From NCBI GenBank assembly GCA_947627755.1, contig CANQXD010000003.1, positions 4,173 to 68,172 on the forward strand: a stretch of 64,000 nucleotides of DNA, read 5' to 3'. A model generated the notes under the pieces. That model was not told where the DNA came from, made no database searches, and was given only the letters and a program-made list of their open reading frames with translations. The DNA comes from an uncultured Clostridia bacterium. GTDB lineage: Bacteria; Bacillota; Clostridia; TANB77; CAG-508. Made by a program: the position numbers and the translations under genes. Shown in pieces: positions 8,272 through 17,583 of this stretch. Position 1 is the stretch's first letter. Each line of letters begins with the position of its first letter.

Positions 8272-8979
8272 TTATTCTTGTTCTGCTTGTTTCTCTTCTT
8301 CTATTTCTTTTTGTACATCTTTTTCTTTGACTTCTTGTTGATTTTCTTGTCCTTCTGTGTTTTTTTGTTCATCTTGTTCCTCTGTCTCTTCTTTTTCTAC
8401 ATTGTCCCTTTCGGGCATTGGAGCCTCAAGAATATCATCAATAACAATTTGTCTGTTTTCATCCAATTTATATTTTGGTAATTCTGGAAGTTCGTCTAAA
8501 TTAGTTAGTCCAAACATTTTTAAGAAATCTTTGGTAACACTATACATTCCAGGTCTTCCTGGTAAATCTGCTTTTCCTACATTTTCGATTAGGTTGTATT
8601 CTAATAGTTTGTACATGGTTCCGTCGCAATTTACCCCACGAATTGCTTCAATTTCTGCTTTAGTGATGTTTGGGTTGTATGCAATGATAGATAATACTTC
8701 TAAAGCAGCATTAGATAGGTTTGGCTTGCTCCTTTTATCAAAAATAGGATATATATATTCATAATATTCTTTTTTAGTAGTTAATTGAAATGCATTTTGT
8801 ACTTTTATAATTTCAATTCCTCTATTTTGTTTTTCATAATCTTCTTTCATACTTTCAATAATTGCCATTAAATCTTCACTACTTAATTCTAGTGCAGACA
8901 TTAGCTCTTTTGCTTCTACTTCTCTGCCACAAGCAAATAAAATGGCTTCTATTGCAGCTTTTACCTTTTCTATTTCCAT
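8272..8979 (-). CDS. scpB: segregation and condensation protein B with an acidic C-terminal tail
   Basis: MEIEKVKAAIEAILFACGRE..., SNAALEVLSIIAYNPNITKAEIEAIRGV and LPGRPGMYSVTKDFLKMFGL are ScpB winged-helix motifs. Start set at the ATG at 8979. About 55 extra Glu/Gln/Lys-rich residues at the C-terminus. Confidence 0.9.
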   Translation of the reverse strand: MEIEKVKAAIEAILFACGREVEAKELMSALELSSEDLMAIIESMKEDYEKQNRGIEIIKVQNAFQLTTKKEYYEYIYPIFDKRSKPNLSNAALEVLSIIAYNPNITKAEIEAIRGVNCDGTMYKLLEYNLIENVGKADLPGRPGMYSVTKDFLKMFGLTNLDELPELPKYKLDENRQIVIDDILEAPMPERDNVEKEETEEQDEQKNTEGQENQQEVKEKDVQKEIEEEKQAEQE

Positions 8980-9073
8980 GCTAACTATAATTCCTTTCCG
9001 ACACAAATATAAGAAAATTTTAAACTTATCCTATTATCTCACGGAAAAGCGAATCTGTCAACAAAAAGTAGCG

Positions 9074-9754
9074 CTAGTTTGCACTACTTACTTCTTTTTC
9101 TTCTATTTCTATTATGCTTTCATATAGCCTCTTTTTCTTTTGATATTTTTTATTTTCTACAATTACTAAATACCAAAGATAAGCTAAAATAAGTAAAATT
9201 GCAATATTTTGCCAATATAAAATAGCAATACTGCAGAAAATAGTTAGAAAGCAAATAGTAAAATATGAAATTGTATGCATATAATCGTAGGCTTCTTTTC
9301 TTCCATATAAAATATGTAAAATTCCTTTTAAAATTCTTCCTCCATCCATTGGATAAATTGGAATTAAATTGAAAATGGCAAGCAAAATATTTGCATAAAT
9401 GATTAGTGTTCTATCTATGTGCCAAACTGAAATTGGAAGAATAGAAAACAAAATAATAAAAAATAGATTTGTAAGTGGTCCACTTGCAGCAATAATAATC
9501 TTTTTCAGTGTAAGCATAGTTCCATTTTTTATTTTTTTATTTACATTTTCTACTTTACTTTCAAAACCAATTGAAAGACCAAGTGGCATAATTTCTAGAC
9601 TATTGGGCTTGAATCCTAGAATAATTCCTGCTAGCAAATGTCCTAATTCGTGAAGAACTGCAAAAAGCATTAACATTCCATAAATTTCAATTTGCCTTGT
9701 AATAATAAAAATGGCTATAAAAATAAATATTTTCAAATGTAATCGTATTTTCAC
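9074..9754 (-). CDS. M50 site-2 protease (SpoIVFB-like, no CBS domain)
   Basis: HELGH zinc motif (LHELGHLLAG) and a second motif NLIPIYPMDGGRIL. Polytopic, and follows an M23 gene as in spoIVFA-spoIVFB. Confidence 0.8.
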   Translation of the reverse strand: MKIRLHLKIFIFIAIFIITRQIEIYGMLMLFAVLHELGHLLAGIILGFKPNSLEIMPLGLSIGFESKVENVNKKIKNGTMLTLKKIIIAASGPLTNLFFIILFSILPISVWHIDRTLIIYANILLAIFNLIPIYPMDGGRILKGILHILYGRKEAYDYMHTISYFTICFLTIFCSIAILYWQNIAILLILAYLWYLVIVENKKYQKKKRLYESIIEIEEKEVSSAN

Positions 9755-9809
9755 TTTTTAGATTCCTTTCTTTTGTCTAAACTCTCATAACTATCTATAT
9801 AATCTATTT

Positions 9810-10844
9810 CTATGCGAAAGATAAGATTAGCTCTGGATTTACTACTCGATTTGCTTTTCGTACTTCAAAATGTAGATGTGGTCCAGTTGCATTACCACTT
9901 TCTCCTACTTCACCTATTTGTTGTCCTTGCACAATTGTATCTCCTTCTTTTACGTAAATTGTTTGGCAATGAGCATATAGAGTAATTACATCATCTTTTT
10001 CTATATAAACATGATTTCCATAGCCACCTTCTGTAGAAACACAAGTTACTTTTCCTTCCATAGCAGCTGTAAAAACAGTTCCAGCATTAACTGCTATATC
10101 AATTCCCGCATGATTTGCAGATATAATATCTGTTGGCTCTCTTGGTCCAAAACGAGATGTAATTGTTCCTCTTAGTGGCAATATCATACTATAATTGTTT
10201 TTAATTTCATTTGCATCAATTTCCATTTGCGATAATTGTATCTCTTCTGATGCTTGACTATTTTCTTGCTGAATTGCTGATTCTACTATAGTTTCATTTG
10301 CTAAAAGTTCTTCTCCTTCTTCTCCTCCACCAATTCCTCCTTCTACTATTTCATTACTTGTTTCTATATTATTTTGTTGTTCATTATTTTCTTGTCCATT
10401 TTCTTCTACTTGTTCATTCACTTGGATATTGCTTTCTTCTTGTTCTGAGCTTTGCTCTGTATCTTCATTTTTTTGTAATAGAAATGCTTTTATATTATTG
10501 TTATAATATTCTTCTGCCTGCTTATATACATTTTGAAAATTGATGTCATAGGATAAAAATTCTTTTGTTTTACTAATGACATTTTCTGAAAAAATATAGT
10601 TTGAATTTTTTATTAAATAAAAAATAAAATAAATTAATAGGCAGATGGCAATTTGTAAAATAAGTTTTTTAAATAGACTATACTCTACCTTTTGTGTACT
10701 ATTGACATTACTGCTTGGAACACGTACGCCACCTTGCATTTTTCTTCTTTGATAAATTTCTTCCGCTCTTCTTATTCTTTCTTCTGCACTTATGGTTCTT
10801 TCCAAACCTTCCACCTCTTCCTTGGTTTTTCTTTGCTTATTCAT
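9810..10844 (-). CDS. M23 (LytM) metallopeptidase, membrane anchored (SpoIVFA position)
   Basis: One TM segment (LILQIAICLLIYFIFYLI), an acidic Glu/Gln/Asn-rich linker, and a C-terminal M23 domain with intact HxxxD (HAGID) and HxH (HLHFE). Confidence 0.85.
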   Translation of the reverse strand: MNKQRKTKEEVEGLERTISAEERIRRAEEIYQRRKMQGGVRVPSSNVNSTQKVEYSLFKKLILQIAICLLIYFIFYLIKNSNYIFSENVISKTKEFLSYDINFQNVYKQAEEYYNNNIKAFLLQKNEDTEQSSEQEESNIQVNEQVEENGQENNEQQNNIETSNEIVEGGIGGGEEGEELLANETIVESAIQQENSQASEEIQLSQMEIDANEIKNNYSMILPLRGTITSRFGPREPTDIISANHAGIDIAVNAGTVFTAAMEGKVTCVSTEGGYGNHVYIEKDDVITLYAHCQTIYVKEGDTIVQGQQIGEVGESGNATGPHLHFEVRKANRVVNPELILSFA

Positions 10845-10900
10845 TTATATTCTTGTTTTTTTCTTTTATGCAAAATAATAAAAAGTATTTATACATGAAA

Positions 10901-10920
10901 AAATCCGCTAAAGCGGATTT
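10901..10920. terminator. small bidirectional terminator hairpin
   Basis: aaatccgc taaa gcggattt, with an A-run upstream and a T-rich tract downstream. Confidence 0.6.
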
Positions 10921-10976
10921 TAAAATTATTTATTTTTTTATTTTCTTGTTCAATAAATTATGATTCAAAATGGACA

Positions 10977-11062
10977 GATGATACAAATGTATAAGTTGAC
11001 CATTTAAGCGGATAGCGAGTTACTGACAACTTATTCAAAATCAAACGTCCGAATGTATCATC
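10977..11062. repeat. nested inverted-repeat element overlapping the stop codon of the 11058 ORF
   Basis: Outer arms gatgataca (10977-10985) / tgtatcatc (11054-11062); inner arms ataagttg (10991-10998) / caacttat (11027-11034). Contains caaacgtccgaatgta, related to the gatC-gatA repeat core. Confidence 0.6.
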
Positions 11063-11429
11063 TTAATATCATAGCAAATAAACTTAATGCACTAAACATA
11101 GCTAAAAAAATTGTTAGGGCTTTTAGTCTTTTATATTTTTCTTTTAATTTCTTATTAGAGTTTCCCAATTCGTATTCTTTTTTATCTATTTTTGTAATAT
11201 AGTCTTGCACTATCATTTCAGCTTCTTTTATAATGTATTCTTTTGTTTTTGGTTTTTCTTCTTTTTCCGTTGCTTTATTTTTTTCTATTTTTTCTTTCTT
11301 ATGTATTTTTACATTATCTTTAAATACAACAAATGCTTCTTCTACCATATTAGAAGGTAAATCTCTTAAAATTACAATATTTTTCATTGTATTTGTATCC
11401 ATATAAATTTCATTTCCTTTCAAATTCAT
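11058..11429 (-). CDS. hypothetical C-terminally membrane-anchored protein
   Basis: 123-aa ORF, Lys/Glu-rich, with a C-terminal hydrophobic tail (LTIFLAMFSALSLFAMIL). Immediately downstream of yyaC. Start uncertain. Confidence 0.5.
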   Translation of the reverse strand: MNLKGNEIYMDTNTMKNIVILRDLPSNMVEEAFVVFKDNVKIHKKEKIEKNKATEKEEKPKTKEYIIKEAEMIVQDYITKIDKKEYELGNSNKKLKEKYKRLKALTIFLAMFSALSLFAMILR

Positions 11430-11468
11430 TTATATAGATTTTTTCCATTTTTGGTGAGATTATACTTT

Positions 11469-12044
11469 TTATATATATTTTATTACTTCACAAATTCCAT
11501 CTACTACTATTTCAGATAGTCTTATTACTTCATTTAAAGCAACATTTTGAAGGCTTGCGAAATTGTATTTTGATAGTTTATAATTTTTTCCTACTACTGC
11601 TTTTATTGAAATATTTCCTACTTCTATTTTTGATTTATAAAGTCCTTTTCCTAAGTTTATTTTTTCTTTTTTTACAAATATTTTGCCTATATTTTCTTCT
11701 TGTGAAAGGGCTGCATCTATAGCAATAATACAAGGATTTTGGTGTCTTTTCTGTATATCTTTTAATGTATCTTTTATATTTGTATAGCACAAATTTTCTT
11801 TTAATGTTCCATATATTGTAATATTTGAAATATTGTATGGTTCTAATTTTTCTTTCAATTCTGTTCCTACTAATGGTCCTAAACAATCTCCTATCATTCT
11901 ATCTGTTCCAATACATAAAAACACTATTTCCATATCATTTTTATTTTTTCTTTCTTGCTGAAGATAATAATTTAGTTCCTGCACAAAGTCATCTTTTTGC
12001 TCATTTTCTTCCTCATTATATAGCACATTCATACTTACTATCAT
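11469..12044 (-). CDS. yyaC: sporulation protein YyaC (DUF1256 putative protease)
   Basis: Signature VFLCIGTDRMIGDCLGPLVG and IIAIDAALS as in B. subtilis YyaC. Start uncertain (M1 or M5). Confidence 0.85.
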   Translation of the reverse strand: MIVSMNVLYNEEENEQKDDFVQELNYYLQQERKNKNDMEIVFLCIGTDRMIGDCLGPLVGTELKEKLEPYNISNITIYGTLKENLCYTNIKDTLKDIQKRHQNPCIIAIDAALSQEENIGKIFVKKEKINLGKGLYKSKIEVGNISIKAVVGKNYKLSKYNFASLQNVALNEVIRLSEIVVDGICEVIKYI

Positions 12045-12152
12045 TCCTTCCCTTTTTGCTTTATTTTTGTTTGAAAAAGAATTGTAATTATTTTTTACCC
12101 TTTTTCAAAAAACTTTTCTTTTAGGATAAAATATGTTGTTTTTTTGTATTTA

Positions 12153-12401
12153 TTACAATATTTTTCTTGGACTAATGATAATATTTACATCTTTACTATT
12201 TTGATATTTTTTTATAATGTCCTCAGAAAATCCTGCTATTTCGTTTGATAATACAATAGTATGATAGTTTTGATTTACTAATTCTTCCATAGTTTTATCA
12301 ACTTCTTCTGGATTTTTTAGACGATGCACCTCCATACCTAATCTTTCTGCAATAGCAAAATTTTTATTATCTTTTTCTTCTTTTATCCATGATATTTTCA
12401 T
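12153..12401 (-). CDS. orphan V-type ATPase subunit F-like small protein
   Basis: The 82-aa sequence AIAERLGMEVHRLKNPEEVDKTMEELVNQNYHTIVLSNEIAGFSEDIIKKY resembles NtpG/subunit F. No other V-ATPase genes are nearby. Confidence 0.4.
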   Translation of the reverse strand: MKISWIKEEKDNKNFAIAERLGMEVHRLKNPEEVDKTMEELVNQNYHTIVLSNEIAGFSEDIIKKYQNSKDVNIIISPRKIL

Positions 12402-12511
12402 TTTCTTTCTCCTTTCTAAAGTACAAAATTTGATTTATATTCTATATTTGAATATTATTAAACTTAATATTTAGTATATTGTGCCTTTTTCGTTTCTTTT
12501 TTATACCTTTG

Positions 12512-12540
12512 TTGACTTTTTTGATGTTTTATACTATGAT
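12512..12540 (+). promoter_or_regulatory. sigma-A-like promoter of mscL
   Basis: TTGACT (12512-12517), 17-nt spacer, TATGAT (12535-12540). Confidence 0.5.
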
Positions 12541-12608
12541 TTTTTATAGTTGAAGCATTAACATACTACAAATAATGTATAAGATTTTATAAAAAAGGAG
12601 TAAATGAA

Positions 12609-13100
12609 ATGTTAAAAGAATTTAAAGAATTTGCTTTAAAAGGCAATATTATGGATATGGCAATTGGTGTTATTATTGGTGGTGCTTTTCAAAAAATTGT
12701 TACTTCTTTAGTAAATGACTTAATTATGCCAGCTATTGCTATTTTTACAGGAAAGGTTGATTTTTCTGATTTGGTGCTTACTGTTGGAAATTCTTCTATT
12801 AAATATGGCTCTTTTATTACAACTGTAGTTGACTTTTTTATTATCGCATTTTCTATTTTTATTGCCATTCGCTGGATTCAAAAAATTAATGATAAGGCAA
12901 AAGAAAATTTAGAAAAAAGCAATTTATTAAAACATGTAGAAACCGATAAAGATGGAAAAGAAGGAGAAGAAACAGAAAAAGAGCCTACTACAAAGGTATG
13001 CCCTTATTGTTTTTCTGAAATTCATATAGAAGCAACTAGATGCCCTCATTGTACTTCTGTTTTAGAAGAGGAAAAAGAAATGGTAGAGGAAGATAATTAA
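12609..13100 (+). CDS. mscL: large-conductance mechanosensitive channel with a C-terminal zinc-ribbon extension
   Basis: [41 protein letters not shown] is a canonical MscL N-terminus. The extra tail carries CPYC...CPHC. Confidence 0.9.
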   Translation: MLKEFKEFALKGNIMDMAIGVIIGGAFQKIVTSLVNDLIMPAIAIFTGKVDFSDLVLTVGNSSIKYGSFITTVVDFFIIAFSIFIAIRWIQKINDKAKENLEKSNLLKHVETDKDGKEGEETEKEPTTKVCPYCFSEIHIEATRCPHCTSVLEEEKEMVEEDN

Positions 13101-13133
13101 TCTACTTTTACAAATTTACTTGACAAAGTTTAT

Positions 13134-13190
13134 GAGTTACCACTAATCAATGTTCACCTTATTATTTTGCTTTTGGTAACTCTTTTTTTA
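13134..13190 (+). terminator. putative terminator of mscL (long loop)
   Basis: 9-bp stem gagttacca (13134-13142) / tggtaactc (13174-13182), then TTTTTTTATTTTTT. The 31-nt loop lowers confidence. Confidence 0.45.
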
Positions 13191-13221
13191 TTTTTTGTTT
13201 TTTGATTTTTTTATATTTTTA

Positions 13222-14079
13222 TTAAATAACTAGCAAATCTATTAAAATTCCTGATACAACCCCTATTGCATATAGTATGGCTAATATTTTTATATTTTCT
13301 TTTCTATTTTCATTCACACGGAATAAAACCAAAATACCAATTCCAGAACCTACTAATAAACCACCTATCATGGAGCCAAATGAAATTACTTGTTCTAAAT
13401 ATAGTTGAGTTAGAATAACAGATCCTGCACAATTTGGAATAATTCCTACCAAACTTGCAATAATTGGCCCTACTACTGGCATATTTAAAATAAGATTTGC
13501 TAGATTTTCTTCTCCTATTAAATGAATAACACAGTTTATTAAAAGAGAAATGATAAAGATAAATACAAAAATATGTAAGGTATGTTTTATAGCAGATTTT
13601 AAAATTCCTTCTTCTTCACAATGACAATGCTCATGCTCGCAAATATGACCTATTTCTTCCTCTAATGTATCTTCTTTTTTCTTTTTTATTGCTTGTCCTA
13701 TCATATCTATTAGTAAGCCTGCTACTATTCCTATTAACAATTTAATGGCTAAAATGGTTATAATAGTAGAAATTGGAACTGCTTCTGAAATTAGAATAGG
13801 AAGCATTTCATCAGAGGTTGATAGAAAAATTGCAATTAGTGTTCCTAAAGTAATAACTTTACCTGCATATAAATTAGCGGCTGCTGCTGAAAACCCACAT
13901 TGTGGAAAAATTCCTAAAATTCCCCCAAGTAATGGTCCAAACTTTCCTGATTTTTGAATTACCTTTTTTGCCTTTTCTCCTGTTTTATGCTCAATATACT
14001 CCATAATAATGTAAGTAATGAATAGGAAAGGTAATAGTTTTATGCTATCTATTATAGTATCTAACAAGATATCTATCAT
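13222..14079 (-). CDS. putative 10-TM metal transporter (ArsP_2 / putative manganese exporter family)
   Basis: FGPLLGGILGIFPQCGFSAAAANLY and a repeated half with IPNCAGSVILTQLY. Central His/Cys loop HICEHEHCHCEEE. Family assignment is from memory. Confidence 0.7.
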   Translation of the reverse strand: MIDILLDTIIDSIKLLPFLFITYIIMEYIEHKTGEKAKKVIQKSGKFGPLLGGILGIFPQCGFSAAAANLYAGKVITLGTLIAIFLSTSDEMLPILISEAVPISTIITILAIKLLIGIVAGLLIDMIGQAIKKKKEDTLEEEIGHICEHEHCHCEEEGILKSAIKHTLHIFVFIFIISLLINCVIHLIGEENLANLILNMPVVGPIIASLVGIIPNCAGSVILTQLYLEQVISFGSMIGGLLVGSGIGILVLFRVNENRKENIKILAILYAIGVVSGILIDLLVI

Positions 14080-14205
14080 CTTCGTTCCTCTTTCTTATAA
14101 AATATTTACGTTTTTTTTAACAGTTATTATGATAGCATAATTTTTTAACTTTTACAAGTTGAAACATACAAAGTTATAAAGAATATAGGTATTTAATAAT
14201 AGGTA

Positions 14206-15061
14206 TTATTCTTGGCAAAGTTCTTTTATTTTCTTTATATTTTTCATTACACACTCATATCCATATTGATAACAATGGTCTAACTTTTGCACGTCTAGTA
14301 AACCTACTTTATCTGTATAAACACTTAATACCATATCACTTTTTTCTAAATTTTCTTCTGCAATTTTGTTTCCCATAATGTCAATTGTTTTCATTATAAT
14401 ATCCATTATATTACTTGTTTCATCTACAGGGTCTGCATCAAATTTTACTGCTATTACTTTGTCTGCCCCTTGCTTTCTTACTTCTGTAACAGGTACATTG
14501 TCTAAGGCTCCTCCATCCATAAAAGCATGTGTTCCTATTAAACATGGATTGAATACAGCAGGAAAACTACTACTTGCTCTTACTGCTTTTCCTATGCTAA
14601 TGTTAGTTAAGTACTGAGATTTATCTTGTGATTCTTCTGGAACATTATTGGTAAATACATATTCTTTTGATTCTGCAATATCTACACTTGGTATTACAAT
14701 AGGCATTGGTATTTGTTTTATTTCTTTAATTCCTTTTTTTAATGCTAATTTATTGCATAGTATTTCTATTGGTTCTCCATCTTTTAGCCCTGTTACCTTC
14801 TTTTTATAAAAAATATATTGTTTTATTCCTTTCCATATTGGTTCAGTGTGAAAAGAAGTAATTTCTTTGGCATACCTTTTAAATAAAAGATAGATATAAT
14901 GTGGTTTATAGCCCATAGCATATAAACTTGCTATCATACTTCCGGCAACTTGTTCCTCCTATTATATCAATTTTAATCTCATTATCTTCTAATGCTTTTA
15001 GCACTCCTGCATGTGCAATTCCTCGAATACCTCCACCAGATAAAGCAATTCCTAATTTCAA
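14206..15061 (-). pseudogene. patatin-like phospholipase, disrupted by a +1 frameshift in the GxSxG nucleophile motif
   Basis: Upstream frame: (TTG)[37 protein letters not shown], then out of frame. Removing one A of caact (14947-14948) restores [17 protein letters not shown]. The span is 856 nt (3n+1). DGG catalytic Asp motif (AFMDGGALDN) is present downstream. Confidence 0.85.
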
Positions 15062-15223
15062 TAAAAAGCACCTCTCTTATGTTTAACTATATTATTTACT
15101 AATATTATATGTTTAAACATTAGAGAGGTTATTTACTAGTTTTTTTATGGAATTGCTATTATGTACTTATATAATTTAATACTTTTTATATGTTTTAATA
15201 TTTTTTACATAATTTAATATTTC

Positions 15224-17083
15224 TTAGAATCCTGTTCTTGGAAGTTTTGGCTCTTCTGGTTTTTTAGAAGGATTTGTAATAGTTATTTCTTGTGTACTTT
15301 CATGCTCTATAATTTCTACTTCAAATTCTTCATTTGTTATGTCATAATCATAATGTGTTTTTACTTCTCGAATTGTATAAATTCCTTTTTCTAATTCTTT
15401 ACTAATTGCAATTCCTTCTTCATTGGTAATTAATGTTTGTACCACCTTTTTATTTTCATCTAAAATTTGAAAGATTACACCTTCAATTGGACTTCCTTGT
15501 AATCTTCCATTTATTAGGTTGTCGTCTTCACTTATTTTTATAATTTTTATTTTTCCTTTTATTTTTTCGTTTTCTAGTTTTAATGTGATTACTTCTCCAT
15601 ATTTAATTTCCACAGTAATCTCTTTTTCTTTTAATACATAATTATCGTTTGTTTTTGTTTCCTTTAGAGTGTAAGTTCCTATTTCTAAATTGTTTGCATA
15701 AGCCTCGCCTTTTTCATTGGTAATTAGTGTTTGTACTAATTTTCCTTCGCTATCAAAAAGTTTAAATTCTACATTTTTTAATGCAATTTTATTATCTTCA
15801 GCATCTACTTTAATAATTTTTAAATTTCCTTTTTTTCGCTCATTTTCGAACATAACACTTGCTAGTTTTCCCCATTGCAAGGTAACTTGTTTTTTCTCTT
15901 TTGAAAGTAGATATGGTTCTGGAACCTTAGTTTCCTCAATGGTTACAGTTTGTGGATAAATTCCATCTAAATGTGCAATTCCATTTTGATTTGTAGTAAC
16001 TTCTCCTATTTTATTTTGTTTTTCATCTATTATTTCAAAAGTGACATTTGCTAGTGGTTTCTTTGTTTCTGCATCTATTTTTTGAATTTCTAAACTACAT
16101 GTATTTGCTTTTATTTTTAATTGAATAGATGTTCTTGCTGTTTCATAACTATTTAAATATGTAACATAACTTTGTGCCTCACTATCTCCACTTTTACAAT
16201 GAAAAATAGGGTTGGTTTTTATTTGTGCATTTTTTACAATTACCGTTCCATTAATATCTTGTTTTATTTGGTTTGTTGGAATTGCTATTTTAAATGTATT
16301 TTGTGAAAAATAGTTTTGTTCTACATTATTCATATCTAATATTTTTGTTCCATTTGGAAATTTTTGCATTTCTACTTCATAAGATTTTAATTCTTTATTA
16401 GCTTGTACTTTATAATTTTGCACATAATATTCTATATTATTAATTATTTCTGTCTTTCTTCCTTGGTATTCTTGTATTCCTACATTTGGTGGCTGATAAG
16501 TATCACTTCCATTTATTCCATAATCATACAATGTTTGTGCTACTTCTAACACTTTCTTTCCTCTTCTTTGTATTTCTTCTACTGTATTTCCATCTACACT
16601 TCTATTCCCTAAAATATATTTTTGGGTTGGAGCAATAGAATCTTTTAATGAGTGAAGTGCTACCTTTGTCGCAGAGTATAAATCATCATCACATTCTAAA
16701 TTCCATTCTGTGTAATTTGAACCCATATAACCTTTATCTAATATCCTCCAAATTCTTTGGTCTTCTTCTTTTTGAATGGTTACATTGTAAGCATCATATC
16801 CAGTTCCTACTCCTTTTTTTGCTGGTTCTACACAAAATGCCGGATAGTTTTTGTTTTCGGCCTCATCATGATAATAAACATAATATACTACTTTATAACT
16901 CCATCTTTTTTCATTTTCCATATAATATTCTAGTAAAGAATCACATTCGTGATCTGCTTGTAATAGCACAGTATCCCCTTCTTTAATTTTTGCTTCACTA
17001 GGAATGATACTTGCTGTTATTTGTAGTATTTGAAATGTTAGTAATAAAATTAAAATTAATTTTTTTATTATTTTCTTTTTCAT
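15224..17083 (-). CDS. surface adhesin: signal peptide, thioester-domain-like N-domain, three CnaB/SpaA-type repeats, terminal LPRTG
   Basis: Signal peptide MKKKIIKKLILILLLTF. PAFCVEPAKKG and YSATKVALHSL resemble the Cys and TQxA motifs of thioester domains. Three repeats of the type LKIIKVDAEDNKIALKNVEFKLFD...GTYTLKETK. Ends ...EEPKLPRTGF-stop. Confidence 0.8.
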   Translation of the reverse strand: MKKKIIKKLILILLLTFQILQITASIIPSEAKIKEGDTVLLQADHECDSLLEYYMENEKRWSYKVVYYVYYHDEAENKNYPAFCVEPAKKGVGTGYDAYNVTIQKEEDQRIWRILDKGYMGSNYTEWNLECDDDLYSATKVALHSLKDSIAPTQKYILGNRSVDGNTVEEIQRRGKKVLEVAQTLYDYGINGSDTYQPPNVGIQEYQGRKTEIINNIEYYVQNYKVQANKELKSYEVEMQKFPNGTKILDMNNVEQNYFSQNTFKIAIPTNQIKQDINGTVIVKNAQIKTNPIFHCKSGDSEAQSYVTYLNSYETARTSIQLKIKANTCSLEIQKIDAETKKPLANVTFEIIDEKQNKIGEVTTNQNGIAHLDGIYPQTVTIEETKVPEPYLLSKEKKQVTLQWGKLASVMFENERKKGNLKIIKVDAEDNKIALKNVEFKLFDSEGKLVQTLITNEKGEAYANNLEIGTYTLKETKTNDNYVLKEKEITVEIKYGEVITLKLENEKIKGKIKIIKISEDDNLINGRLQGSPIEGVIFQILDENKKVVQTLITNEEGIAISKELEKGIYTIREVKTHYDYDITNEEFEVEIIEHESTQEITITNPSKKPEEPKLPRTGF

Positions 17084-17185
17084 TATTTCACCCTTTCTTT
17101 GTTTTTATAACTTAGTTTTATTCAATTTTCTGTTACATCTAAAGTTATTGCATTATTTATTAGAGAAACAATGAAGATAAAATGT

Positions 17186-17228
17186 AAAAAGAAAAGACTA
17201 AATAAAACGTATTTATACGTTTATTTAG
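17186..17228 (-). terminator. rho-independent terminator of the rpsF-ssb-rpsR operon
   Basis: Stem ctaaataaaacgta / tacgtttatttag. On the minus strand it is followed by CTTTTCTTTTT. Confidence 0.7.
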
Positions 17229-17262
17229 CCCCTATTTTATATTTATGTATTTTTAATTTATA

Positions 17263-17544
17263 TTACTCTTGTGTGAATGGTAAAATAGCAATTTGTCTTG
17301 CTCTTTTAACTGCTAGAGTAATGTCTCTTTGATGTTTTGCACATGCTCCTGTTGCTCTTCTTGGTAATATTTTTCCTTTATCGTTGATAAATTTTTTTAA
17401 TTGGTCTGCATTTTTATAATCTAATACAAGATTTTTGTCTGCACATAAAGGACAAACTTTTTTTCTTATTTTTCTAAACTTTGGATTGAAATCATCATCC
17501 ATATTATTATTTCTGTTATTTCTTTTTTGTTTTTTATCTGCCAT
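17263..17544 (-). CDS. rpsR: 30S ribosomal protein S18
   Basis: [62 protein letters not shown] is a canonical S18 core, preceded by a basic N-terminal extension. Confidence 0.95.
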   Translation of the reverse strand: MADKKQKRNNRNNNMDDDFNPKFRKIRKKVCPLCADKNLVLDYKNADQLKKFINDKGKILPRRATGACAKHQRDITLAVKRARQIAILPFTQE

Positions 17545-17583
17545 TGTTTTTTTCCCCCCTATCTTAATTATGTGATAACCTAC

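Noticed and set aside
9810-10844. Calling the M23/M50 gene pair spoIVFA/spoIVFB outright
   Set aside because: The arrangement fits and bofA is present in the window. However, the M23 domain has intact catalytic residues (unlike B. subtilis SpoIVFA) and the M50 protein lacks a CBS domain, so only family-level calls are given.
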